DNA from: Candidatus Zixiibacteriota bacterium
Lineage (GTDB): Bacteria > Zixibacteria > MSB-5A5 > UBA10806 > 4484-95
NCBI GenBank assembly: GCA_029932605.1
Contig: JAOZPT010000005.1
Location: 57,767-88,714, forward strand
Length of the DNA: 30,948 nucleotides
Direction of reading: 5' to 3'
The notes beneath the pieces were generated by a model that worked only from the letters and a program-made list of their open reading frames with translations, was not told where the DNA came from and did not search any database. Positions 17,142 to 25,258 of this stretch are shown here, piece after piece. Within the stretch, counting starts at the first letter, position 1. Each line of letters opens with the position of its first letter. Both the position numbers and the translations under genes were made by a program.

Positions 17142-19145
17142 TTACACGCCAGTAGCCAGAATCTCGGTTATCTCCATGACCGAATGGGTATTGATCTTAT
17201 CATTTGCTTTAAGGCCATCCTCGAGCATTGTCAAACAGAATGGGCAGGAAACGCCGATAGTGGATGCACCGGTTGCCAAGGCTTCCATGGTGCGCTCTTC
17301 ATTGATCCGTTTTCCGATATTCTCCTCAAGCCACATTCTTCCCCCGCCAGCGCCACAACAATATGAATTTTTACGTGATCGTTTCATTTCCACGCGTTTG
17401 TAAACCAAATCTATTAGCATTCTTGATGGTTGGTATATGCCGTTATGGCGACCGAGATAACAGGAATCATGGAAAGTGATATAACCATTACCCTGGAACG
17501 GACCATGTTGAATTTTTTCAACATCGATCACCAATTTTCCCGAACTTATTAACTGAGCCAGTAACTGGTGAGTATGGACAACCTCGTATTTACCGCCGAA
17601 ATCGGGATACTCGTTTTTAAGCGTATTGAAACAGTGTGGGCAGTTGGTAAAGATCTTTTTGACGCCAAGCTTGTTTAACATCTCAACATTGGCCTTGGCA
17701 ATCGTCTGGAAAAGGTATTCCTCTCCCAGCCTTCGAGCTGAATCCCCGCTGCAGCTTTCATCAGTGCCGAGTATAGCAAAATCGACGCCTGCTGCATTCA
17801 TCAGTTTCACGGTAGCAAGGCTTACTTTGATATTACGTGCATCCAGAGCACCTGCACAGCCAACCCAGAAAAGCCACTCAGCATCAGGCTTATCTGAGAT
17901 TAATTTTATCTTGAGGTCTTTGAACCAATTGGCGCGAGCTGACTGGCCAAGTCCCCATGGGTCGCCTGATTTTTCTATGTTCTTCAGGGCTAAGGCACCC
18001 TGGGGTGAAATGTTGCCTTCATTTAAAACCATGGACCGACGAAGATCGATAATTTTGGGGATATGCCTGATAAAAAGCGGGCAAGCATTCTGACATCCGT
18101 AACATGTCGTGCAGGCCCAGATTACATCTTCAGTAATAACATCCTTGATGAAGTCTTCTTTAAATTCCCCGGGCTTGTTATCGAAAAGAAAGGGGGCTTT
18201 TTTCTGGGCATGTTTGCGCAGTTGTATCATGAAATTTTTAGGTGAAAGCGGCTTACCCGTATCCCATGCCGGGCAGACATCCTGACAACGACCGCATTCG
18301 GTGCATGAGTAACTGTCTAAAAGGTCTTTCCAGGTAAAATCCTCGACATTTGTTACACCGAAGATCTCCGTGTTCTCCAGATCAGGAGTGGACATCACGG
18401 TACCGGATTTATCATCGGTTAAAAAGACATTGAAAATCGATGTGAAAATATGCATGTGTTTGCCCATCGGTACGTAATTGAGAATGGTCATGAAAAACAC
18501 GAAATGCGCCCACCAGAATATATGAGACAATAACAGTGTGGTTTGTTTTGGTAAATTCCAGAATAATGAGGCAAGATAGCTACCGATGAAACTCCCCTCA
18601 GCAACAACCTGTTGATAGGCCATGTTAAAACCATCTGAGAGAAGGTCGAAAACCATTAATCCCAGAATGAGAATTAGTATGAGGGTTGCCCCAGCACTCT
18701 GGGTTAACCTCTCAGGACGAATGACAAAGCGTTTGAGAGCAAAAACGACAACACCGACTATGACTAAAAAACTAAAAAGGTCAAGCAGGAACAAAAAAGG
18801 GGTTTTAAAAATATCATAAAGGAACGGTATGTGAAAGCCGCCGTAAAAACCTTTACCGAAAAAATTTATTGTACCGAAAACTATTATCACAAAACCCCAG
18901 AACACAAGAAAGTGAGCAAATCCCGATACGGGATCATCCAGTAATCTTCTCTGGCCGAAAACGAACTTGAGAACTCTTAATATTCCCGCACCAATATCAA
19001 CGTGTTTATCGATTTTTTGAAATTTCAATAGGAGCCTTAAGTATCTTCTGATGATAAAAATAAAAGTAACGATTGAAATGATAAATGCAATGTAAAATAC
19101 AAGTTTTTCGATGCCGGATGGTGTTATTTCATAAAGTTCATTCAT
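17142..19145 (-). CDS. Fused membrane cytochrome-b-like / HdrD-GlpC-type Fe-S oxidoreductase (two 4Fe-4S motifs plus two CCG cysteine-rich domains)
   Basis: The N-terminal ~230 aa has 5-6 hydrophobic helices with conserved His (HFLVFWGF, HIFWWAHF, KHMHIF), like NarI/HdrE/DsrM. Two CxxCxxCxxxCP ferredoxin motifs follow (CTECGRCQDVCP, CTTCYGCQNACP). The C-terminal part has CCG-domain signatures (FWVGCAGA...; ...SYCCGAGGG). Confidence 0.75.
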   Translation of the reverse strand: MNELYEITPSGIEKLVFYIAFIISIVTFIFIIRRYLRLLLKFQKIDKHVDIGAGILRVLKFVFGQRRLLDDPVSGFAHFLVFWGFVIIVFGTINFFGKGFYGGFHIPFLYDIFKTPFLFLLDLFSFLVIVGVVVFALKRFVIRPERLTQSAGATLILILILGLMVFDLLSDGFNMAYQQVVAEGSFIGSYLASLFWNLPKQTTLLLSHIFWWAHFVFFMTILNYVPMGKHMHIFTSIFNVFLTDDKSGTVMSTPDLENTEIFGVTNVEDFTWKDLLDSYSCTECGRCQDVCPAWDTGKPLSPKNFMIQLRKHAQKKAPFLFDNKPGEFKEDFIKDVITEDVIWACTTCYGCQNACPLFIRHIPKIIDLRRSMVLNEGNISPQGALALKNIEKSGDPWGLGQSARANWFKDLKIKLISDKPDAEWLFWVGCAGALDARNIKVSLATVKLMNAAGVDFAILGTDESCSGDSARRLGEEYLFQTIAKANVEMLNKLGVKKIFTNCPHCFNTLKNEYPDFGGKYEVVHTHQLLAQLISSGKLVIDVEKIQHGPFQGNGYITFHDSCYLGRHNGIYQPSRMLIDLVYKRVEMKRSRKNSYCCGAGGGRMWLEENIGKRINEERTMEALATGASTIGVSCPFCLTMLEDGLKANDKINTHSVMEITEILATGV

Positions 19146-19335
19146 GGTGTCTCAACCTCGTTACAACTAAAAGACTTGACTTGTTTTTGTGAAAATTTTA
19201 ACATTCCATATATGAACATCATAATAATACTGCCCCTTACGGTCAAGAGAAAAGAGGATAAATACTAAGATTACTTAATAATGCATATAAAAACCAATGT
19301 CAATTTAAGATGAGGATTTTTAAAAGGGTAAAACG

Positions 19336-20439
19336 ATGATCGACCAGAGAATTAAAAAAATGGCCAGAGTTTTATTGCAATATTGTATCAAGCTAAAAAA
19401 GAAACAGCTTGTAAAGTTAATCGGTGGTGAGCAGGCGATACCGCTTTTGAAGGAGCTTTATGGCGAAGCTTTAGCGATGGGCGCTTACCCCTATACAAAG
19501 GTATATATCGAGGGGCTTGAGGAACTGCTGTTAAAGAAGGGAAGCAGGGACCAGTTAGCATACGTATCACCGCTGGCTAATCACGAGGTTGAGAAGATAG
19601 ATGCGGTAGTAGGGGTTGATTCTCCTTTGAATACAAAACATCTTTCCGGCACCGATCCCCATAAACAGGCTTTAATGACTAAAGCTCAGTCAAGGTTATT
19701 AAGGCGTTTATTAGCCCGTGCCGCGAAAAAACAATTAGCCTGGGTGGGCACACTTTTCCCCACTCACGCCTCTGCCCAGGATGCCGGTATGTCATTGTCG
19801 GATTACGAGGATTTCGTTTACAGGGCCTGCCATATAGATAAAAAAGACCCGATAGCTGAATGGAAAAAGATCTCCAGATACAACCGGCGGCTTATAAACT
19901 ACCTCAAGAAGAGAGACATCATTCGCATAACCGCTCCCGATACCGACCTGACCTTCAAAATTGCTGGACGGACATGGATAAACTGCGATGGCGAAAATAA
20001 TTTCCCCGATGGTGAGGTGTTTACCGCACCACTGGAAAATTCAGCCAATGGTCATATCCGTTTTTCTTTCCCGGCGGTTTACAGGGGCCATGAGGTCGAT
20101 GATGTGAAAATAGAGTTTAAAAACGGCAAGGTTGTCAAAGCTACTGCCGGGCGTGGCCAGAAGTTTCTGGAGACCATGTTGAACATAGATAGGGGAGCAC
20201 GGTATATCGGTGAGGTGGCAATCGGCACCAATTACGGTATTAAGATATCCACTCGCAACACCCTATTCGATGAAAAGATCGGCGGCACATTCCATCTGGC
20301 GCTGGGTAAAGCCTATCCCGAATCGGGAGGCAAAAATAAATCGGCATTGCACTGGGATATGATCTGTGACTTGCGAAAAGGTGGATGCATTTACGCCGAT
20401 GGCCAGCTGTTTTTCAAAAACGGTAAATTTCTTAAATGA
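19336..20439 (+). CDS. Aminopeptidase, M29 (AmpS/PepS/aminopeptidase T) family
   Basis: 367 aa. The C-terminal block 'GGTFHLALGKAYPE...SALHWDMI' matches the M29 H-x-A-x-G / HWD metal-binding signatures. The N-terminal region resembles AmpS. Confidence 0.7.
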   Translation: MIDQRIKKMARVLLQYCIKLKKKQLVKLIGGEQAIPLLKELYGEALAMGAYPYTKVYIEGLEELLLKKGSRDQLAYVSPLANHEVEKIDAVVGVDSPLNTKHLSGTDPHKQALMTKAQSRLLRRLLARAAKKQLAWVGTLFPTHASAQDAGMSLSDYEDFVYRACHIDKKDPIAEWKKISRYNRRLINYLKKRDIIRITAPDTDLTFKIAGRTWINCDGENNFPDGEVFTAPLENSANGHIRFSFPAVYRGHEVDDVKIEFKNGKVVKATAGRGQKFLETMLNIDRGARYIGEVAIGTNYGIKISTRNTLFDEKIGGTFHLALGKAYPESGGKNKSALHWDMICDLRKGGCIYADGQLFFKNGKFLK

Positions 20440-20590
20440 AATTGTTCAAACTTAAGTCTCTTCCGAAATAAACCTATCGGCAATGGTTACTATTCCTTAT
20501 GTAAAATTTAGTGTAACCTATTCATTCTAAAATCGTAAGTTCAAGTATGGCCGGTGCTGCAAGTTAAATTTAAATAACGAGGGTTTAAAA

Positions 20591-22324
20591 ATGGGCAAGA
20601 AATATCATTTAGCGATTATTTTGATTTTGTTTTTATTTTCGATAGCCCTTTCAGCGGGTAGCGAAAAAATCGCCATGGGGTCAATTGAGATAACAATAAA
20701 AGATGACTCCGTTACCGTCTCGTTAAAAGATTACAATGGAATCCTTAAAACTATAACCTTTAATAAAAGCGAATTGTCTGTCGAAAAAGCCCCAGACGAA
20801 AAACCTGACCTTTCTAGCCTTTATATCGAAAATGAGCTTATAATCGACGGTGACAGGATAGTCATTGATGGCGTTGAGTTTTCCAGTGATGAAATCGAGA
20901 ACCTGTTTTTCTCAGGTAAGATTCACAGAGGTATATCGGTAAAGGCGAAAATTCTCAATGATGATTATGAGTTATGCCGTAAAAAGGTGGTCAATGTAGA
21001 GAAACATGGTAAGGATGACCGATTCAGTTTTGACGATTTGGTAATAAATGCTGATGAAGTGATTCGTGGTGATGTGGTTTCAATCGTTGGCAATGTCAGA
21101 GTTTACGGAGAGGTGCTCGGTGATATCGTCTCGGTTTTCGGTGATGTGGAGATGTATGACGGCAGTTTTGCTGGTGGTGATGTTGTTGCCCCATTTGGCA
21201 AGGTGCTCACTTTTGGTGACTTAAAAATCAAAGGTGAGCTTTTGCCTAAAGAGAAGTTGCATGAGGGAACAAGAAAGACCGATTTCGATATGTCGGCAAG
21301 ATTTAACCGTGTTGAGGGCTTTACCCTGCTTTCCGGTATTCATTATAGCGAAGCCGACTATGAACTTCCTGATATAGACATCAATGTCGGATATGCTTTC
21401 GCCTCAAAAAGGTGGAATTACGATTTAGGATTTCGACAGCAGTTCGGGGACAAGTGGGCATTCTATTTCGGTGGAAATCTTTACCAGGGAGCCACTACTC
21501 CTGACCTGTGGCGATTCAGCCAGTCTGAAAATACATTAGCCGGACTTTTCTTCAAAGAGGATTACCATGACTTTTATCATAAAAAAGGGGCTATGGTATA
21601 TTTTGGTCAACAGTTGGGAGAATATTCATCTCTCCAGGTTGAATACACTGCCCAGGTTAATGGCATCTTGGAAAAACGTACCAACAAAACTATCTTTGGC
21701 GGAAAGAAACATTTCCGCGAAAATTTCTCGACCGTGCTATCTGACTCGGTCGCTCTCATGAGCATAGAGGGTGATTTGCGACTTGCCGGCCTAAGGTTCG
21801 CATGGGATTCCCGAAGTGATGACATCTGGCCTCATAATGGTCAGTTTATAGAAGTCTTATGGGAAACAGCAGGTGATGGAATGGTCGGTGATTTGGGCGG
21901 AGATTTCTCTTATGACATCATCGAGGCGTTAATCTCGCATTATCAACCGTTGACCCCAAAACAATATTTGGGAATTCGAGCAAAGGGAGGTTATTCAGAC
22001 CAAAAACTGCCTCTGGACCGATGGTTTTTCCTGGGTGGTGTTGGTTCATTAAGGGGTTATGATTATAAGGAGTTTTTTGGCAACAGGTATGTGTTCGGTA
22101 ACATTGACTATTACTGGGAGTTCTCTGGTGATTTCATCATCTCCTTGTTCGTTGATGTAGGCAAGGCGGGATTTGGCGAAGATGAATTTAAGAAAAGCGA
22201 TTATAAAGGTAATATTGGTCTCGGGTTTATAATTGGCGACGCTATCCGTCTCGATATCGCCCAGAGGTTAGATGACGTTGGCAAAAGCCCGGTGGTAATG
22301 GTTAGGACTGAAACGAGCTTCTAA
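20591..22324 (+). CDS. Probable outer-membrane beta-barrel protein with an N-terminal signal peptide and beta-helical (bactofilin-like G-x-V repeats) domain
   Basis: Signal peptide 'MGKKYHLAIILILFLFSIALSA'. A repeat region 'GDVVSIVGNVRVYGEVLGDIVSVFGDVEMYDGSFAGGDVVAPFGKVLTFGDLKIKGE' shows a (G-D/N-V/I-x-hydrophobic) periodicity. The C-terminal ~330 aa have alternating hydrophobic residues and aromatic-rich strands and end in '...RTETSF'. A C-terminal Phe is the outer-membrane-protein signature. Confidence 0.5.
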   Translation: MGKKYHLAIILILFLFSIALSAGSEKIAMGSIEITIKDDSVTVSLKDYNGILKTITFNKSELSVEKAPDEKPDLSSLYIENELIIDGDRIVIDGVEFSSDEIENLFFSGKIHRGISVKAKILNDDYELCRKKVVNVEKHGKDDRFSFDDLVINADEVIRGDVVSIVGNVRVYGEVLGDIVSVFGDVEMYDGSFAGGDVVAPFGKVLTFGDLKIKGELLPKEKLHEGTRKTDFDMSARFNRVEGFTLLSGIHYSEADYELPDIDINVGYAFASKRWNYDLGFRQQFGDKWAFYFGGNLYQGATTPDLWRFSQSENTLAGLFFKEDYHDFYHKKGAMVYFGQQLGEYSSLQVEYTAQVNGILEKRTNKTIFGGKKHFRENFSTVLSDSVALMSIEGDLRLAGLRFAWDSRSDDIWPHNGQFIEVLWETAGDGMVGDLGGDFSYDIIEALISHYQPLTPKQYLGIRAKGGYSDQKLPLDRWFFLGGVGSLRGYDYKEFFGNRYVFGNIDYYWEFSGDFIISLFVDVGKAGFGEDEFKKSDYKGNIGLGFIIGDAIRLDIAQRLDDVGKSPVVMVRTETSF

Positions 22325-22687
22325 TATTTTTCATATAATGTCATTTTAAGTAGATGAGTATGGCTAACTTACTTCATTCTTCACACTCCTGCCCACCATA
22401 GATCAATATGGGGGTATTTTCTCTTTTCCTTTTTATGCCAAGAAAAATATAGCTATTTCATTTAGTTATGCGTATATTATATTATGAGGTAGGGTTGATA
22501 ATTGAAACAGGCTAAAAATGCGGAAGGAGGTGTTGTACTATTTAAATAAATTCTGGTAACAGGTTATTAATGAATGTATCTTTGTTTAAATATGTATTTC
22601 TTGAGGAGAATAGAATGGTTGTTTTGCTTCTTTCTCTGTAAGGATAAGTTTTTTAAACGAAGAAAAGAAAGAAAAGAGAAGAGAAAA

Positions 22688-22987
22688 ATGCAAGGCAACA
22701 AATTGTATGTAGGAAATCTAAGTTATTCGGTATCTGATAGTCAGTTGAAGGATTTGTTTTCTAATTACGGGAATGTTAAGGAAGTCACGATAATCGGTAA
22801 TAAAGGATTTGGTTTCGTTGAAATGGAAAACCCCGAGGGGGCTGGAAAAGCCAAAGAGGCTTTAAACGATTCAGAATTTGAGGGAAGAACCCTGAAGGTT
22901 GATGAAGCCCGTCCACGTGAAAATCGACCGCAAAGAAATTATGACTCAAACAGAGGTAGACAAAGAGGCGGTTATTCGAGGTATTAG
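22688..22987 (+). CDS. RRM-type RNA-binding protein with a C-terminal Arg/Gly-rich tail (about 99 aa). The six-frame ORF beginning at 22574 is an upstream run-on.
   Basis: RNP-2 'KLYVGNLSY' and RNP-1 'KGFGFVEM'. The C-terminal tail 'RPQRNYDSNRGRQRGGYSRY' is rich in Arg and Gly. The start is placed at the ATG at 22688, just after a purine-rich tract. The extra 38 codons of the ORF encode an implausible Cys/Phe-rich peptide. Confidence 0.85.
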   Translation: MQGNKLYVGNLSYSVSDSQLKDLFSNYGNVKEVTIIGNKGFGFVEMENPEGAGKAKEALNDSEFEGRTLKVDEARPRENRPQRNYDSNRGRQRGGYSRY

Positions 22988-23004
22988 ATAAATACATTCT
23001 CTTA

Positions 23005-23037
23005 AAAGGCGGTCTCGCAAGGCCGCCTTTTTCTTTT
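23005..23037 (+). terminator. Rho-independent terminator after the RRM gene
   Basis: AAAGGCGG-tctcgcaagg-CCGCCTTT forms a GC-rich hairpin followed by TTTTTCTTTT, 18 nt after the TAG stop. Confidence 0.6.
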
Positions 23038-23760
23038 GGTCTATGGTGTACTCCCCGAAGCTGACTATTTATTCATAGTTAATGTCAGAAATTAAAACCC
23101 GCCAGTTTATCATCTACCCCGGGCAAGATTGCTGTTCCGCATATTAATTCCATGAGGTAGTGGTAAGTATAGAAGTTGTGTTCAATCATTACTACCTAAT
23201 CTTTGTCACATTTTTCAAGTTTAATAGTAACATATCGACTAAATCAGTTCTTCTAATGAGAATCTCTTTAATTATTCGATATGATTTTTATCTGCGCTCT
23301 TTCATAATCGGTTTGGTATAGCAATTTGTTATTGGCATAAGTCATTTATTATAGGTAAAATCCCATATTTTTTGCAGTCCCAAAGATCTTTAGGTTTCTT
23401 TTTGGTTATTGTTAACATGTTAACCTACAAAGGAATAACCTTATGCGCCCATTTTTAAACCGTGTCTTTAAGAGATGGAATAGATATTGCAAACTTTTAG
23501 GTAGGTTTTGCAGGAGATGAAAACCCTTAAGGTTATAATTAGCCTGCCGATAGAACTTGCAGAAGCTGTTTGACATCGTAAGTTTTTTTGGTGGGCCCGG
23601 AAAAAGGAACCGTAATGGCAAAAAAGCGCAAACCGGGCTTCAAACTGCCTGAAAAAACATGCTGGCACCTTTACAGCTTACAGGCTTTAAATGCTGAGAA
23701 GTTTATCAAGGTTGTGGGTAAAATTTTAAAAAGGGATTATCTTTTAATAAAATAATGAAC

Positions 23761-23789
23761 TTGACAAATATTAACCCTCCTTTTAAATT
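23761..23789 (+). promoter_or_regulatory. Candidate sigma70-like promoter for the M23 peptidase gene (TTGACA-17 nt-TAAATT)
   Basis: TTGACA at 23761-23766, a 17-nt spacer, then TAAATT at 23784-23789. A GGGAGG ribosome-binding site at 23812-23817 precedes tandem ATGs at 23820 and 23823. Confidence 0.35.
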
Positions 23790-23819
23790 TGCTCTAACCT
23801 TGAAATTGCCAGGGAGGGA

Positions 23820-24737
23820 ATGATGCCCCCAAGGAAGTTTTCTGTAGTGATAATTCCGGATGATACCGGAAAAGTGGTCGAAAAAAGAATTGTTCTGTGG
23901 AAAATTGTAACTCTCTTTTCAATTTTAACACTGTTTTTTATATGCAGTGTATTTTCTGTAATCGGCTATTTAAAGGCTAATATCGATCGCAATAAACTGG
24001 CTTCTTTGAAGGCCGAAAACGATTATCTGGCCGGAAAAATTGAAAGTTTACAGCAATCCGTTGAATCAATCAAGGGCCAAATGGCAGACATTATTAAGAC
24101 CGATGAAAATATAAGGCTTGTATTTGATTTGCCAGCGATTGACCCTTCAATACGTGAGGTCGGAGTCGGTGGTCAAGATTTTAAAATGGTTGATATCGAA
24201 TCTCAAACCGTTAACGAATTATCCTTAGTGGAGGGGGATATTGATAAGATATTAAGGCAGATCAAACTGGAGAATGCTTCATTTTCCGATGTTTTTGATA
24301 AGGTGAGATCTAAGAAAGATATACTTGACCACACTCCGTCAATAATGCCTGTCGAGGGTTTGATATCACGGGGCTTTGGTATGCGGCCAAACCCGTTTAC
24401 CGGAATCTATCAGATGCATCGGGGGATAGATATTGCCGCCAATAAGGGTACTCCCATTTATGCAGCGGCTGATGGTAAAGTAATCTATTGCGGGTGGGAT
24501 AAAGGATTTGGCAACACTGTTATTATCGACCACGGTTACGGATTGAAAACTTATTATGGTCATTTGAGTATGGCCAAGGTGCGTAAGGGAGCACGAGTTA
24601 AGAGAAGAGATATCATTGGACTTGTAGGCTCAACAGGATATTCCACCGGACCCCATCTTCATTATGAGGTTCGTGAGAACGGCCGAGCGGTTGATCCGAT
24701 GAAATATATATTTAAATCGATTATTTTTGAATCCTAA
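23820..24737 (+). CDS. M23-family metallopeptidase (LytM/EnvC/NlpD-like) with N-terminal transmembrane helix and coiled coil
   Basis: 'HRGIDIAANKGTPIYAAADGKV' and 'GSTGYSTGPHLHYEVRENGRAVDP' are the HxxxD and HxH motifs of M23 peptidases. The N-terminus has a hydrophobic helix and a heptad-rich segment. The second ATG (23823) has the better ribosome-binding-site spacing. Confidence 0.85.
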   Translation: MMPPRKFSVVIIPDDTGKVVEKRIVLWKIVTLFSILTLFFICSVFSVIGYLKANIDRNKLASLKAENDYLAGKIESLQQSVESIKGQMADIIKTDENIRLVFDLPAIDPSIREVGVGGQDFKMVDIESQTVNELSLVEGDIDKILRQIKLENASFSDVFDKVRSKKDILDHTPSIMPVEGLISRGFGMRPNPFTGIYQMHRGIDIAANKGTPIYAAADGKVIYCGWDKGFGNTVIIDHGYGLKTYYGHLSMAKVRKGARVKRRDIIGLVGSTGYSTGPHLHYEVRENGRAVDPMKYIFKSIIFES

Positions 24738-24763
24738 AAGTGTGATAATTCCTGTTTGAAGAT

Positions 24764-24790
24764 AACCCCGATTGAAACGGGGTTTTTTTA
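24764..24790 (+). terminator. Rho-independent terminator after the M23 peptidase gene
   Basis: AACCCCG-attgaaa-CGGGGTT forms a perfect 7-bp stem, followed by TTTTTTA. Confidence 0.7.
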
Positions 24791-24808
24791 TGGGGTTGCT
24801 ATAATCTG

Positions 24809-25258
24809 TTGATAGATATGTCAAAAGATGAAAAAATAATTGTCTCAGCTTGTTTGGTTGGAGAAAAGTGCCGATTTGATGGTAGGGCTAAAAAAATCTC
24901 CAACCTTGTTGATTTTGTGAAAGGTTGTCAGGTGCTGGCGATATGCCCGGAGCTTGAGGGGGGGTTGGGTGTACCACGCCCCAAAGCTTTTATCGACTCT
25001 GGTACAGGTAAGGATGTTCTTGAGGGCAGGGCAGAGGTCATAAACGAGAAGGGTGAAGTGGTAACTGAAAATTTTATAGCAGGCGCCCGGAAAACACTGA
25101 AATTAGCTCTGGCTAACGATGTTAAAAGGGTTATACTTAAATCAAAAAGTCCCTCATGTGGTTTTGGTTTGGTTTATAACCACGACAAGCTGGTGGAAGG
25201 TAATGGAGTCACTGCCGAGCTCTTGTTCAAACATGGTATTAAGGTGGTGGTAGTTTGA
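24809..25258 (+). CDS. DUF523 family protein (TudS-like, putative [4Fe-4S] thio-nucleobase desulfidase); likely start is the ATG at 24818
   Basis: 'IIVSACLVGEKCRFDGRAK' is the conserved N-terminal Cys motif of DUF523, with further Cys in 'AICPELEGG' and 'SPSCGFG'. It is about 146 aa. A TATAAT at 24800-24805 lies only about 12 nt before the ATG, so the transcript may be near-leaderless. Confidence 0.65.
   Translation: MIDMSKDEKIIVSACLVGEKCRFDGRAKKISNLVDFVKGCQVLAICPELEGGLGVPRPKAFIDSGTGKDVLEGRAEVINEKGEVVTENFIAGARKTLKLALANDVKRVILKSKSPSCGFGLVYNHDKLVEGNGVTAELLFKHGIKVVVV

Noticed and set aside
22574-22687. 38-codon N-terminal extension of the RRM protein ORF (MYLCLNMYFLRRIEWLFCFFLCKDKFFKRRKERKEKRK)
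   Set aside because: It has an implausible Cys/Phe/Lys-rich composition and no ribosome-binding site. The canonical RRM protein begins at the ATG at 22688 right after a purine tract, so the extension is an artifact of the open frame running through the 5' leader.
23411-23424. Perfect 14-bp palindrome GTTAACATGTTAAC
   Set aside because: One or two perfect 14-mers of this kind are expected by chance in about 31 kb of DNA. It lies about 400 bp from the nearest start codon. I kept it only as a sub-point of the intergenic-region finding, not as a regulatory feature.
23412-23668. Two overlapping minus-strand ORFs (69 and 66 aa) in the long gene-free stretch
   Set aside because: They have no Shine-Dalgarno sequence, overlap each other in different frames, give basic/Phe-rich low-complexity products, and show no family resemblance. 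They are most likely chance ORFs in AT-rich non-coding DNA.
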